Shown here: positions 10,372-19,237 of the stretch, one piece after another | Layout: each line of letters begins with the position of its first letter | Numbering within the stretch: the first letter of the stretch is position 1 | DNA from: an uncultured delta proteobacterium | Lineage (GTDB): Bacteria > Myxococcota_A > Polyangia > Polyangiales > B10-G4 | DNA: 64,000 nucleotides | Assembly: GCA_963727445.1 (NCBI GenBank) | Contig: CAVSGI010000021.1 | Coordinates: forward strand, 160,001-224,000 | Direction of reading: 5' to 3' | Notes under the pieces: model-generated | Told to the model about the DNA's origin: nothing | The model's database searches: none | Seen by the model: the letters and a program-made list of their open reading frames with translations, nothing else | Program-made: the position numbers and the translations under genes

Positions 10372-10393
10372 GATGGTGCGTGCCAGTGGAGCC

Positions 10394-12181
10394 TCAGGCG
10401 CCTTCGTACATCGACTCGATCTCGTCGGAGAAGTGCTCGTAGACCTTCTTGCGCTTCACCTTGAGGGTGGGCGTGAGCTCTCCGTCCTCGATCGTCAGAT
10501 TGCGAGCGAGGATCTTGAACTTCTTGATCTGCTCGACGCGTGCGAACTCGCTGTTGGTGCTGTCCACCGCCTTCTGCACCTCGTCGATGACCTTCTGACT
10601 CTCGTGCAGCGAGTCGCTGCCGTTGAGTCCGTTGTCCTTTGCCCAGGAGACGACGGCTTCTGGGTCGAGGGTGACGAGACAGGAGAGGTACTTGCGCTGG
10701 TCGCCGATCACCACCGCCTCGTTGATGAGCGGATGGTTCTTCAGCGACGCCTCGATGTTCTTGGGGGCGATGTTCTTCCCGCCGGCGGTGATCAGGATGT
10801 CCTTCTTGCGGCCGGTGATGTGGAGGAACCCTCGCTCGTCGATCTTCCCGAGGTCGCCGGAGTGCAGCCAGCCGTCGATCAGCGTCTCGTTGGTCGCTTC
10901 TTCGTCTCGGAGGTAGCCGAGGAAGACGTTTGGTCCCTTCACCAGGATCTCTTCGTCCCCAGCGATCTTCACTTCGCAACCGGGCAGAGGCGGGCCGACC
11001 GTGCCGAACTGGAACTTGTCGGGTCGGTTGAAGGACGTGGGGCCCGTGTCCTCGGACTGGCCGTAGACCTCGAGGACGACGAGGTCGAGGTGGGCGAAGA
11101 ACTCGAGGATCTCGCGGCTGATCGGCGCCGCACCACTCACGCAGGCCCGGGCGTTCCCGAGGCCGATGGCGGGCTTGAGCTTCGAGAAGATCAGCCTCTT
11201 GGCCATGTCGTACTGCCACGCCAGAAAGCCCGTCGGCTCACCCTTGCCCGCCATCCGCTGGAGGTTGACCTCCCACGAGACCCCCATCGCCCAATCGACG
11301 AGCATCTTCTTGATACCTGTGGCCTCGGCCAGCTTCGCGCTGATGCCGCTGTGGAACTTCTCCCAGATGCGCGGCACGCCGAAGAAGACCGTCGGCTGAA
11401 CCTCCTTGAGGTTGTCCGGCACCTTCGGGATCGACTCGGCGAAGTACACGCGTGAGCCGCTGGTGATTGGCCCGTGGATCGTGAACATCTGCTCGGCGAT
11501 GTGCGAGAGCGGAAGGTAGCTCAGGCTCGTGTCCTGGTTGGACATGCCGACCAGATCCCTGGCGGTGTCCGCCGTCCAGGTGAGGTTCATGTGCGAGAGC
11601 ATCACGCCCTTGGGCGGGCCGGTGGTCCCCGAGGTGTAGATGAGCGTGGCGAGCTCGTCGGGCTCGAGCGCATCGACGCGCTCGTCGACCTTGGCGTCGA
11701 GGATTCCGTCGCCCTGCGCCAGGAACTCCTCCCAGCTCATGACCAGGTCGTCGCCGATCTTCGGCGCGCCCTTCATCATCACCACGTGCTTCAGGTTCGG
11801 GAGGTTGTCGCGCTGCTCCTTCACCTTCTCCCACTGCCCCTCGTCCTCGAGCAGGACGATGGGGGCCCCGGCGTGGTCGATGATGTACTGGACCTCGACC
11901 GGTGAGCAGGTGGTGTAGATGCCGGCGCCCGCGCCCCCGACGGCCATCGTCGCCAGGTCCATGATCACCCACTCGGGGCGATTGAAGCCGAGGATGCAGC
12001 CGGTCTGGCCCTTCTGGAAGCCGAGCTTGAGGAGCGCCTTGGCGGCCTGACGAACCTCGCTGGCGTAGGTCTTCCAATTGGTCGACTTCCAGCGACCCCC
12101 CTCGCGCACGTAATAGGCGGGCTCGTTCGGCCGGAGCTTGGCCTGTTTGAAGAGGCGGGACGGAATGCTTTCGAATGTCAC
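10394..12181 (-). CDS. fadD: Long-chain fatty acid--CoA ligase
   Basis: IYTSGTTGPPKGVMLSH, YLPLSHIAE, YGQSE, GWLHSGDLG, ITAGGKNIAP, ELTPTLKVKR. Confidence 0.92.
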   Translation of the reverse strand: MTFESIPSRLFKQAKLRPNEPAYYVREGGRWKSTNWKTYASEVRQAAKALLKLGFQKGQTGCILGFNRPEWVIMDLATMAVGGAGAGIYTTCSPVEVQYIIDHAGAPIVLLEDEGQWEKVKEQRDNLPNLKHVVMMKGAPKIGDDLVMSWEEFLAQGDGILDAKVDERVDALEPDELATLIYTSGTTGPPKGVMLSHMNLTWTADTARDLVGMSNQDTSLSYLPLSHIAEQMFTIHGPITSGSRVYFAESIPKVPDNLKEVQPTVFFGVPRIWEKFHSGISAKLAEATGIKKMLVDWAMGVSWEVNLQRMAGKGEPTGFLAWQYDMAKRLIFSKLKPAIGLGNARACVSGAAPISREILEFFAHLDLVVLEVYGQSEDTGPTSFNRPDKFQFGTVGPPLPGCEVKIAGDEEILVKGPNVFLGYLRDEEATNETLIDGWLHSGDLGKIDERGFLHITGRKKDILITAGGKNIAPKNIEASLKNHPLINEAVVIGDQRKYLSCLVTLDPEAVVSWAKDNGLNGSDSLHESQKVIDEVQKAVDSTNSEFARVEQIKKFKILARNLTIEDGELTPTLKVKRKKVYEHFSDEIESMYEGA

Positions 12182-12267
12182 GGTCTTTCCTCCAGGAACG
12201 ACACTTCTTCAGCAGCGGCGGGAGTTTACCCGAGGGGCGGCCGGTGTCATAGTGCCCCCCCGATTCC

Positions 12268-12357
12268 GGAGGAGTGGCCGAGTGGTCGAAGGCGGCGGAT
12301 TTGAAATCCGCTGAGCTCGCAAGGGCTCCAGGGGTTCGAATCCCTTCTCCTCCGCCA
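12268..12357 (+). tRNA. tRNA-Ser(TGA)
   Basis: GGAGGAG/CTCCTCC acceptor stem, anticodon arm GCGGA-TT-TGA-AA-TCCGC, long variable arm, GGTTCGAATCC T-arm, encoded CCA. Confidence 0.96.
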
Positions 12358-12393
12358 GTCAGAAGGCCTCAACAGGGCAGGGAGCGAGAGACC

Positions 12394-13302
12394 ATGAGCG
12401 AAGCGGTCGAGAAGATCCTCGAGAACTACGCCGGCGAGAACCCCGGCGTCATCGGCAACCTCCGTCGGTTGATGAACACCGGCACCCTCGCGGGGACCGG
12501 CAAGATGGTGATCCTTCCGGTCGACCAGGGCTTCGAGCACGGCCCCGCCCGTAGCTTCCAGCCCAACCCCGCGGGCTACGATCCGGGCTATCACCCGCGC
12601 CTCGCGGTGGAATCGGGCTGCAACGGCTACGCGGCGCCGCTCGGTTTCATCGAGGCGATCGCCCACGAGTTCGCTGGTGAGATCCCACTGATCCTCAAGG
12701 TCAACAACAGCGATTCCCTCGGCGATCCCGGCCAGCCCTGCTCGGCGCTGACATCGGCCGTCGACGACGCGGTGCGCCTCGGCTGCTCGGCGATCGGCTT
12801 CACCATCTATCCCGGCAGCGGCTTGCGCAACGAGATGTACGCGCAGATCCGCGACCTCATCCGCGACGCGCGCAAGGTCGGTCTGCCGACCGTCCTCTGG
12901 GCCTACGCTCGCGGCGGCGAGATGTCGAAGGAGGGCGAGACCGCGATCGACGTGATCGCCTATGCGGCGCAGATCGCCTGCCAGCTCGGCGCGCACGTGG
13001 TGAAGGTCAAGCCGCCCACCGAGCACGTGTGGCTCCCAGCGGCGAAGAGCAGCTACGAGAACATTCCTGTCGGTACGCTCGAGGAGCGGATCCGCCACGT
13101 GGTGCAGTCCTCCTTCGACGGCCGCCGCATCGTCATCTTCTCCGGTGGGGCCTCCAAGGGTCGCGACGCGGTGCTCGACGACATTCGCGCCATCCACGCC
13201 GGCGGCGGCTTCGGCTCCATCGTCGGCCGCAACGCCTTCCAGCGCAGCCACGAAGACGGCCTGTCGCTCCTGCGCGACATCATGGCCATCTACAAGGGCT
13301 AA
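12394..13302 (+). CDS. fbaB: Class I fructose-bisphosphate aldolase (DhnA/FbaB family)
   Basis: ILPVDQGFEHGP, IPLILKVN, GFTIYPGS, VVKVKPP, GGFGSIVGRNAFQR. Confidence 0.93.
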   Translation: MSEAVEKILENYAGENPGVIGNLRRLMNTGTLAGTGKMVILPVDQGFEHGPARSFQPNPAGYDPGYHPRLAVESGCNGYAAPLGFIEAIAHEFAGEIPLILKVNNSDSLGDPGQPCSALTSAVDDAVRLGCSAIGFTIYPGSGLRNEMYAQIRDLIRDARKVGLPTVLWAYARGGEMSKEGETAIDVIAYAAQIACQLGAHVVKVKPPTEHVWLPAAKSSYENIPVGTLEERIRHVVQSSFDGRRIVIFSGGASKGRDAVLDDIRAIHAGGGFGSIVGRNAFQRSHEDGLSLLRDIMAIYKG

Positions 13303-13382
13303 TCGCCCGCGTGGGCGTTGCCCCCGCTGTGGGGGCCGCTGCGCTCCGGTGTCGCTTCGCCTTTTGTGGGGCTGTGGGGCGC

Positions 13383-13979
13383 CTAGGCGAAGCGCCTGAG
13401 GGCGAAGCCGAGGAGCAGGACGCCGAAGAGGATGGGCATCAGCCCGGCTTCGCCGCCTGCGGAGGCGGCGCAGCTGGCGCAGCCGCCGCTGCGCTGCTCG
13501 AGCGGCGGGACCTCTGCCGGTGCGGGCGGGGGCTCCTCGGTGCCGCCGCTGGGGTTCACCGGGGTCACGCCAGCGCCCATGGCATCGATGTCGGCCGCGG
13601 CCTGATCGCTGTCGACGGGGCTCGTCCGGCTGCAGAGGCCGGTCCACTCCGAGTCGTCGTCGGACTGATAGGTGTAGACCAGGTAGCTCCGGCCGGTCTC
13701 GAAGCCATAGCCACAGGCGGCCGACTGCGCCTGCGTGCGGAGGGTGAAGGTCTCGGTGTCGGCGCCCTTCCAGGTGCGGACGACGGCCAGGGTCACGACC
13801 ACCGGACCTCCCTGCGGATGATCCATGGCGGTGACCCGCCCTTCGAACACGCTCGCGGCGGCGTCGAAGGCAGCTTCGCGCTCCTGCGCCATGCACGAGC
13901 ACGCGTGGACCGTCTCGGCAGGGACTGCCAAGCAGAGTGCGGCGACCAGGGAGATGAACGCGATAAAGCGTAGAGCCAT
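13383..13979 (-). CDS. Secreted TIMP/NTR-like protein with MYXO-CTERM tail
   Basis: Signal peptide ending VHA then CSC; VFEGRV, SAACGYGFETGRSYLVY, CSRT; tail GGCASC + hydrophobic stretch + RR. Confidence 0.75.
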   Translation of the reverse strand: MALRFIAFISLVAALCLAVPAETVHACSCMAQEREAAFDAAASVFEGRVTAMDHPQGGPVVVTLAVVRTWKGADTETFTLRTQAQSAACGYGFETGRSYLVYTYQSDDDSEWTGLCSRTSPVDSDQAAADIDAMGAGVTPVNPSGGTEEPPPAPAEVPPLEQRSGGCASCAASAGGEAGLMPILFGVLLLGFALRRFA

Positions 13980-14002
13980 GCGGTCTGTGGGCCCGACCTG
14001 CG

Positions 14003-14031
14003 TTGACAGGGGCCGGGGGCGCCGTTACATA
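14003..14031 (+). promoter_or_regulatory. Sigma70-type promoter for tRNA-Ser(GCT)
   Basis: TTGACA-17 bp-TACATA upstream of the tRNA. Confidence 0.55.
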
Positions 14032-14116
14032 CACGCTCCCTCGACTCGGCGCACGCTGAAATCGAGGACCCCGGGGTCGGCTCCGGGGCAGCGCTTTCTT
14101 GAAAAATTACGTCGTT

Positions 14117-14205
<89 letters not shown>

Positions 14206-14333
14206 GTCCGAGGGCCGGAGGCACGCCATGGAGCGGCTTACCTCCTCGGCGCCTCCCTGCGACGTACCTTTGGTACGCCTCAGTCGGCGCCTGTGGGGGC
14301 GCTCGCTCCCTGACGCACCTCCGGCCCTCGGAC
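14206..14333. repeat. Palindromic structured element, copy 1 (REP/MITE-like or structured RNA)
   Basis: Perfect 16-bp terminal inverted repeat GTCCGAGGGCCGGAGG/CCTCCGGCCCTCGGAC enclosing nested stems; core homologous to 18388-18507. Confidence 0.7.
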
Positions 14334-14419
14334 CTGGGGACCTCCTGTGTGTTTCGGCGGAGGCACGCCATGGACGTTTCGGGGACGGTCTACACTTTTG
14401 TACTTTCGGGAGCGCGTCC

Positions 14420-14447
14420 TTGACCGAGGGCGCTTGGTGACTAAGCT
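14420..14447 (+). promoter_or_regulatory. Sigma70-type promoter for tRNA-Arg
   Basis: TTGACC-16 bp-TAAGCT, 16 bp before the tRNA. Confidence 0.5.
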
Positions 14448-14463
14448 CCGCCCTCCAGTCACT

Positions 14464-14540
14464 GGACCCGTAGCTCAACTGGATAGAGCAACGGTCTACG
14501 GAACCGTAGGTTAGAGGTTCGAATCCTCTCGGGTCCGCCA
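14464..14540 (+). tRNA. tRNA-Arg(ACG)
   Basis: GGACCCG/CGGGTCC stem, ACGGT-CT-ACG-GA-ACCGT anticodon arm, GGTTCGAATCC, encoded CCA. Confidence 0.97.
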
Positions 14541-14586
14541 AAGGCTCGGCCAACATGGTCGGGCCTTCGGTCGTTCTGGGGAGGCG

Positions 14587-16554
14587 TCATTCGGGATCGC
14601 AGAGCCCGTCGCAAAACGACTGGATGGTGCCGTCCCGCAGGTACGCCCCGACCTGCTGGCGCAGCGCGTCGATGGTCACGGCGGCGGCGTGCACGCCGTT
14701 GTCGGCTGGCAGCACCGTCCCCGGCTCGAGGGGATCGACACCGAGGTCGTACATCACCTGACCCGAAGCGTCTCCGTACGCCGCCGCGGGGACGTCGTAG
14801 GGCTCGTACACCGACGGCATCACGTGTCCGAAGCCCGCCACCCGCGCGAGATAGTCGCTTGTCACGTTGTTCACCAGCGCGTCGTTCAGCACCGTCGGCA
14901 AGAGCAGCTGCTTGTCGGGCGAGCCTGGAAGCGGTTCGCGCATGATCAGCGGCGCGAAGTTCGCGCCGTCGGCGAGATCCCAGAGCTGCGCTGTCATCGC
15001 CAGCATGATGTCGCGGTCGCGCTTGTTGGAATACGTGCCGTTGAGCGCCAGGTTGAACGGGAAGAAAGCGAAGGAGCGCGACATGAGCGTCGGCCAATGC
15101 GTGCCACCGATGATCAGCACGAAGCGCTGGATGTCGGGCGTGAGGGCGGCGAAGGTCGAGCCCAGCACCGAGCCGCCGCTGGTGCCGACGTAGTGAAGCG
15201 TGGCCTCGTCGATCACCGTCGCCCCGCCCACGTCCCACTCCGCGAGCGCGCGGCAGCCACCCTTGAAATTCCGCGCGAGAGTGAGGAAGTTCACCATCGC
15301 CTGCATCATCCGATCGGGGAGCTCGGCGAAGCGCGAGAACTCGCCGATCTCGTCGAAGAGAACCGAGGTGTCGGCGCTGCTGAAGCCCCACCAATCGGTC
15401 GCCACCGCCGCCATCCCGATGTCCTCGAAGAGCGGGGTGTAGGGGTGTTCCACTCGGATCCCGCCCTCGCCGTCGTCGAGCCCGATGTCCGGCGCCTCGC
15501 CGAGGAGGCCGTGTCCGAAGACCACCAGCGGCACCGGTTCGCTGGCGGCCATCGCGCTGTGCGGGATCGCCGCCACGAAACGCGCCGTGCCCATTCGCTG
15601 GAACACCGGCATCCCGTCCGCGTCCCGGACGATCCGCGCCCCCGGCTCCTCGCTCTCGGCGTAGAGCGGCACTTCGAAGGTCCCCGAGAAGCGCCGGTAC
15701 AGATACGTGTGGCCGAAGTCGGTCTCCACCGTGTCCACCGTGCACTCGGTTCCGCCATCGCCGATACGCGACAGCGCGTCTTCCCGCATCGCCCGCAGAT
15801 CCCGGCGCGCCCGCGCCGCGGTGCCGGTGCGAAAGTCCCACGCCTCGATCAGGTCGCCCCGCGTGATCCCGGCGCTCGTCAGGAACCCGAAGATCTCCTC
15901 GAAGTGCGCGCGCCTCGCTTCGAGCTCGTCGACGCTGGTCTCGTCGGTGTCGCGCAGCGCCGCGAAGTAGGCGCTCGGCTGAACCGCCGTTCCGTCCTGG
16001 TAGGTGAGCCCGCGGATCGCCACCGCGTAGCGGCGATCCTCTTCGAGGGGTCGGATGGGTCGCAGATACAGGGTGCTCCGCATGGGATCGGCGCCGCCCC
16101 ACGCGTCGATCTCCGCCATGTGTGCCACGCGCTCGCCGGTGACGGTATCGAGGAGAACCGTCGGCGAGTCCGCCGCGAGGCTCGCGCCGATGTCGTCCTG
16201 GCCAGCGAGCGTGGAGGTATCGAGGACGCCGCCGTCCACCGCGGTCGCGATGGGTGTGTTCCGGCTGAAGCCGTCGAACTGTGAATAGGGGGCCGGGTCG
16301 ACGTGGACACCCATCCGATCGGCGAGCATCGCGCCGGTGGGGATCTCGATCCTCCATCCGGTCGCGGTCGCTGGATCCTGCGTCAGGTAGCGGCTCGAGG
16401 GCCAGGGCGCCATGCAGCTGCCCGGATTGAGGTTTTCGCACTCGGGCCGGCGCACGTCGATGGCCGGGGTCGCCCCGTCGCCTGGCGCGTCGTCCTCGCC
16501 GCAGGACGACAGAGCGGCCACGATCGAGACGAGGACGACCCAAAGCGTTCGCAT
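14587..16554 (-). CDS. Lipoprotein with alpha/beta-hydrolase (lipase-like) C-terminal domain
   Basis: Lipobox ALSSC; PWPS and DGFS N-terminal motifs; VFGHGLLG, YVGTSGG nucleophile elbow, C-terminal NGVH. Confidence 0.7.
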   Translation of the reverse strand: MRTLWVVLVSIVAALSSCGEDDAPGDGATPAIDVRRPECENLNPGSCMAPWPSSRYLTQDPATATGWRIEIPTGAMLADRMGVHVDPAPYSQFDGFSRNTPIATAVDGGVLDTSTLAGQDDIGASLAADSPTVLLDTVTGERVAHMAEIDAWGGADPMRSTLYLRPIRPLEEDRRYAVAIRGLTYQDGTAVQPSAYFAALRDTDETSVDELEARRAHFEEIFGFLTSAGITRGDLIEAWDFRTGTAARARRDLRAMREDALSRIGDGGTECTVDTVETDFGHTYLYRRFSGTFEVPLYAESEEPGARIVRDADGMPVFQRMGTARFVAAIPHSAMAASEPVPLVVFGHGLLGEAPDIGLDDGEGGIRVEHPYTPLFEDIGMAAVATDWWGFSSADTSVLFDEIGEFSRFAELPDRMMQAMVNFLTLARNFKGGCRALAEWDVGGATVIDEATLHYVGTSGGSVLGSTFAALTPDIQRFVLIIGGTHWPTLMSRSFAFFPFNLALNGTYSNKRDRDIMLAMTAQLWDLADGANFAPLIMREPLPGSPDKQLLLPTVLNDALVNNVTSDYLARVAGFGHVMPSVYEPYDVPAAAYGDASGQVMYDLGVDPLEPGTVLPADNGVHAAAVTIDALRQQVGAYLRDGTIQSFCDGLCDPE

Positions 16555-16625
16555 CGGAGGCGACGTTAGCCGCCGGTTGGTAGCGGCGCCAGGCGTCGAG
16601 CCCAGCGTGTGCTAGGCCTCGTCGC

Positions 16626-17300
16626 ATGCGACCCACCCGAGCGCTCGCCGACCTGCTCGCGTCGCGCCTGGTCCCCGCGCGCTTCATGGCGTCGCAGCTG
16701 CGCCGACCCTCCGGTCCCTTCGGACGTTGGCTCCTGGCGCGGGGGCTCAACCGAGGCAACGCGGCCCAGATCGAAGCGACCCTCGACGCGCTGTCCCTCG
16801 GTGCGAATGACGCCCTTCTCGACGTCGGCTTCGGCGGTGGCCACGCGCTCCGCGTGGCTTCGACGCGCACCACCGGCGCGCTCTACGGCGCCGACTTCTC
16901 GCCGGACATGGTCGCGCGCGCACATCGCGCCCTCGGCGACCTCTGCGCCGCGGGACGTCTCGACCTCTTCGCCGCCGACGTCACGCGCATGCCGCTCCGC
17001 GACGCCCTGGTCGACGCGATCATCACGACGAATACGATCTACTTCTGGCCGGATCTCCCTGGCGCGCTGGGCGAGCTGTGGCGCATCCTCGCGCCCCAAG
17101 GCCGCATCGCCTTCGGCTACTCCGGTCGCGACAAGATGGCGAGCTTCTCCAACATCACGAGGCACGGCTTCGAGACCTTCGAGCCGGCCGACCTCGAGCG
17201 CCCGCTCGCGAACGCGGGATTCGAGAGGATCGAGACCCTCGCCCTCGACGGTGAGCTCACCCGCGGCGACTACGTGACCATCGCCCGCCGGCCGTCCTGA
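16626..17300 (+). CDS. Class I SAM-dependent methyltransferase
   Basis: QLRRPSG, LLDVGFGGG, GADFSPDMV, NTIYFW, RILAPQGR. Confidence 0.85.
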   Translation: MRPTRALADLLASRLVPARFMASQLRRPSGPFGRWLLARGLNRGNAAQIEATLDALSLGANDALLDVGFGGGHALRVASTRTTGALYGADFSPDMVARAHRALGDLCAAGRLDLFAADVTRMPLRDALVDAIITTNTIYFWPDLPGALGELWRILAPQGRIAFGYSGRDKMASFSNITRHGFETFEPADLERPLANAGFERIETLALDGELTRGDYVTIARRPS

Positions 17301-17389
17301 GCGCGCCAAAGCGGGCGGACGCCTCGCGGTCAGCGAGGCGAACACGGGCCTCGACCGTCGGCCCGTCCTGGGTCAAGGTGCCGCCCTCG

Positions 17390-17851
17390 ATGGATCGCGA
17401 CGAGCTCTTCATGCACGAGGCGCTGTTCGAGGCGCGGAAGGCCGAGGCGCGGGGGGAGGTTCCGGTCGGCGCGGTGATCGTCCGGGGCGACGAGATCATC
17501 GCGCGCGGTCACAACCTCCGCGAGACCTCGCAGGATCCGTCGGCGCACGCGGAGCTCATCGCGATGCGCGCGGCCGCTGCGCGTCTGGGCACCTTCCGCC
17601 TCGAGGAGACGACGTGCTACGTGACCCTCGAGCCGTGCCCGATGTGCGCGGGCGCGCTGGTGAACGCGCGGGTTCCGCGGGTGGTCTACGGGGCGGACGA
17701 TCCGAAGGCGGGCGCCACCAAGTCGCTCTACGCGATCGGGACCGATGGGCGCCTGAACCACACCTTCGAGCTCCGCGGGGGCGTGCTCTCGGAGGAGTGC
17801 GGAGCGCTCCTGTCGACCTTCTTTGCCGCGATCCGGAAACGCCGCCGCTGA
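17390..17851 (+). CDS. tadA: tRNA adenosine(34) deaminase
   Basis: GEVPVGAVIV, DPSAHAE, YVTLEPCPMCAGA, YGADDPKAG. Confidence 0.95.
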   Translation: MDRDELFMHEALFEARKAEARGEVPVGAVIVRGDEIIARGHNLRETSQDPSAHAELIAMRAAAARLGTFRLEETTCYVTLEPCPMCAGALVNARVPRVVYGADDPKAGATKSLYAIGTDGRLNHTFELRGGVLSEECGALLSTFFAAIRKRRR

Positions 17852-17924
17852 GGCGAGGCCGGGCCTGGGCCAGGGGGATTCGTAACCCCCGGCGTTGACA
17901 GGGTTTTCTCGGGTGATTACGCCG

Positions 17925-17952
17925 TTGACACCCCTTGGCCGTCTGCTAGAAC
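17925..17952 (+). promoter_or_regulatory. Sigma70-type promoter for the tRNA-Ser/tRNA-Ser/ffs unit
   Basis: TTGACA-16 bp-TAGAAC with an extended TG, ending 7 bp before the tRNA. Confidence 0.55.
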
Positions 17953-17959
17953 GCGCGGC

Positions 17960-18049
17960 GGAGAGCTGGCCGAGTGGTCGAAGGCGCTTGATTCGAAATC
18001 AAGTGTACTCGCAAGGGTACCGTGGGTTCGAATCCCACGCTCTCCGCCA
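17960..18049 (+). tRNA. tRNA-Ser(CGA)
   Basis: GGAGAGC/GCTCTCC stem, CTTGA-TT-CGA-AA-TCAAG arm, long variable arm, encoded CCA. Confidence 0.96.
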
Positions 18050-18150
18050 AGGTTCTTTGCACAACTGAGCGGCGCGAGGAGGCGGCACCTCTTCGGCGAA
18101 AAAGCGGCGCGGCGCCTTCAGGCGACGCAGCGCTGGACTGCCGAAGAGAT

Positions 18151-18239
<89 letters not shown>

Positions 18240-18273
18240 GAATGTTTTCGCGGCTGAATCGCGCCGCGCTTAT

Positions 18274-18353
18274 GGTCCTGCCAACGCTGGCCCATCAACC
18301 CCGCCAGGCCCGGAAGGGAGCAACGGTCGTGGATCCCAGCGTGTGGCGGGACC
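18274..18353 (+). ncRNA. ffs: Signal recognition particle RNA (small 4.5S type)
   Basis: Helix-8 signature CCGCCAGGCCCGGAAGGGAGCAACGG inside a long hairpin closed by GGTCCTGCCA/TGGCGGGACC; typical position after tadA and tRNA-Ser. Ends approximate. Confidence 0.9.
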
Positions 18354-18387
18354 TTCTTAATCTCAGTGGTTGGGGATCTGGCGTGAC

Positions 18388-18507
18388 GTCGGCGCCAGGG
18401 CACGTCATCGAGCGGCTTGCCTCCTCGGGCCCTGCCTCCAAGTACGGGTGTACGTGTCGGCCGGGCCCTGCGGGGGCGCTCGCTCGCTGACGCACCCTGA
18501 CGCCGAC
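18388..18507. repeat. Palindromic structured element, copy 2
   Basis: Terminal IR GTCGGCGCCAGGG/CCCTGACGCCGAC; core GGCACGTCATCGAGCGGCTTGCCTCCTCGG...CCTGCGGGGGCGCTCGCTCGCTGACGCACC aligns with copy 1. Confidence 0.7.
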
Positions 18508-18535
18508 TCCTGGCGAGTCGATTTTTCGGTGGCTC

Positions 18536-18665
18536 TCAGGCTGCGCGGTCGTGAACTTGGAGGTCGGTGACGCCGAGCTCGGAGAGCATTGCGCGGGCTC
18601 GCTGGGCGTCGGGCTTGGATCCGTGCACGAAGAGGAGGAATTTGCCGGCCTCGAGGCTCGTCTTC
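18536..18665 (-). pseudogene. Possible 3' gene remnant (general-stress/DUF1269-like C-terminus)
   Basis: Frame reads KTSLEAGKFLLFVHGSKPDAQRARAMLSELGVTDLQVHDRAA* with no plausible start or N-terminal part. Confidence 0.3.
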
Positions 18666-18728
18666 GCCGGCGCGCCTTCGAGCTGGCGGCCCCGCCGATC
18701 ACGGAGCTCGATGGTCTTGCGCGGCGTC

Positions 18729-19181
18729 TCAGTCCAGAGCGTCCAGCACGCGGTCCCAGTCGGCTTCTTTGAAGCGGAGGGAGCGGGCGATGGAGAGGCG
18801 CAGGGCGATGGGGCGGCCGGCGGCGAAGCGGACGCGGTCGCCGAGGTGGGCGTCTCGAATCGCCGAGGTGGTGCCCCCGCGATAGAAGAGGGTCAGGCCC
18901 TCGTCGTCGATGCGGATCTTTTCGACGATGTGATGGTAGTGGTACGAGACGGCGAAGAGCATGGTGCTCGACATCGCGAACCACACGGCGATGCCGGCGA
19001 CGCCGATGACGCCGACCACCCAGGTGATGAAGAGCGCGTTCACGCAGACCATCCCGAGGTAGGCCCAGCCCAGGGCTTCCCACCCTTCCGTCTGCACTCT
19101 GACCTCGACCGCCGGTCCCGTCCGCTCCCGCCGCGTCCCTTCCGAGACGGCTGCGGGGGTGCGGTACGGCGAGCCTGTCAT
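18729..19181 (-). CDS. Hypothetical membrane protein
   Basis: SPYRTP N-terminus, two TM helices, GGAG RBS upstream. Confidence 0.6.
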   Translation of the reverse strand: MTGSPYRTPAAVSEGTRRERTGPAVEVRVQTEGWEALGWAYLGMVCVNALFITWVVGVIGVAGIAVWFAMSSTMLFAVSYHYHHIVEKIRIDDEGLTLFYRGGTTSAIRDAHLGDRVRFAAGRPIALRLSIARSLRFKEADWDRVLDALD

Positions 19182-19237
19182 CTCCTACATCATGAACTTT
19201 TTCGGGCGCGTCGTCTCGGGAAAATGTCGAGCCGACC

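Noticed and set aside
10370..10386. TGGCACG upstream of nupC as a sigma54 promoter
   Set aside because: No -12 GC at the required spacing and it runs into the start codon.
12268..12357. TGA in the anticodon loop suggesting a selenocysteine or suppressor tRNA
   Set aside because: Anticodon UGA reads UCA (Ser); tRNA-Sec has anticodon UCA and a longer acceptor arm.
12274..12393. N-terminal extension of the aldolase ORF
   Set aside because: It is a reading of the tRNA-Ser gene; the real start is ATG 12394.
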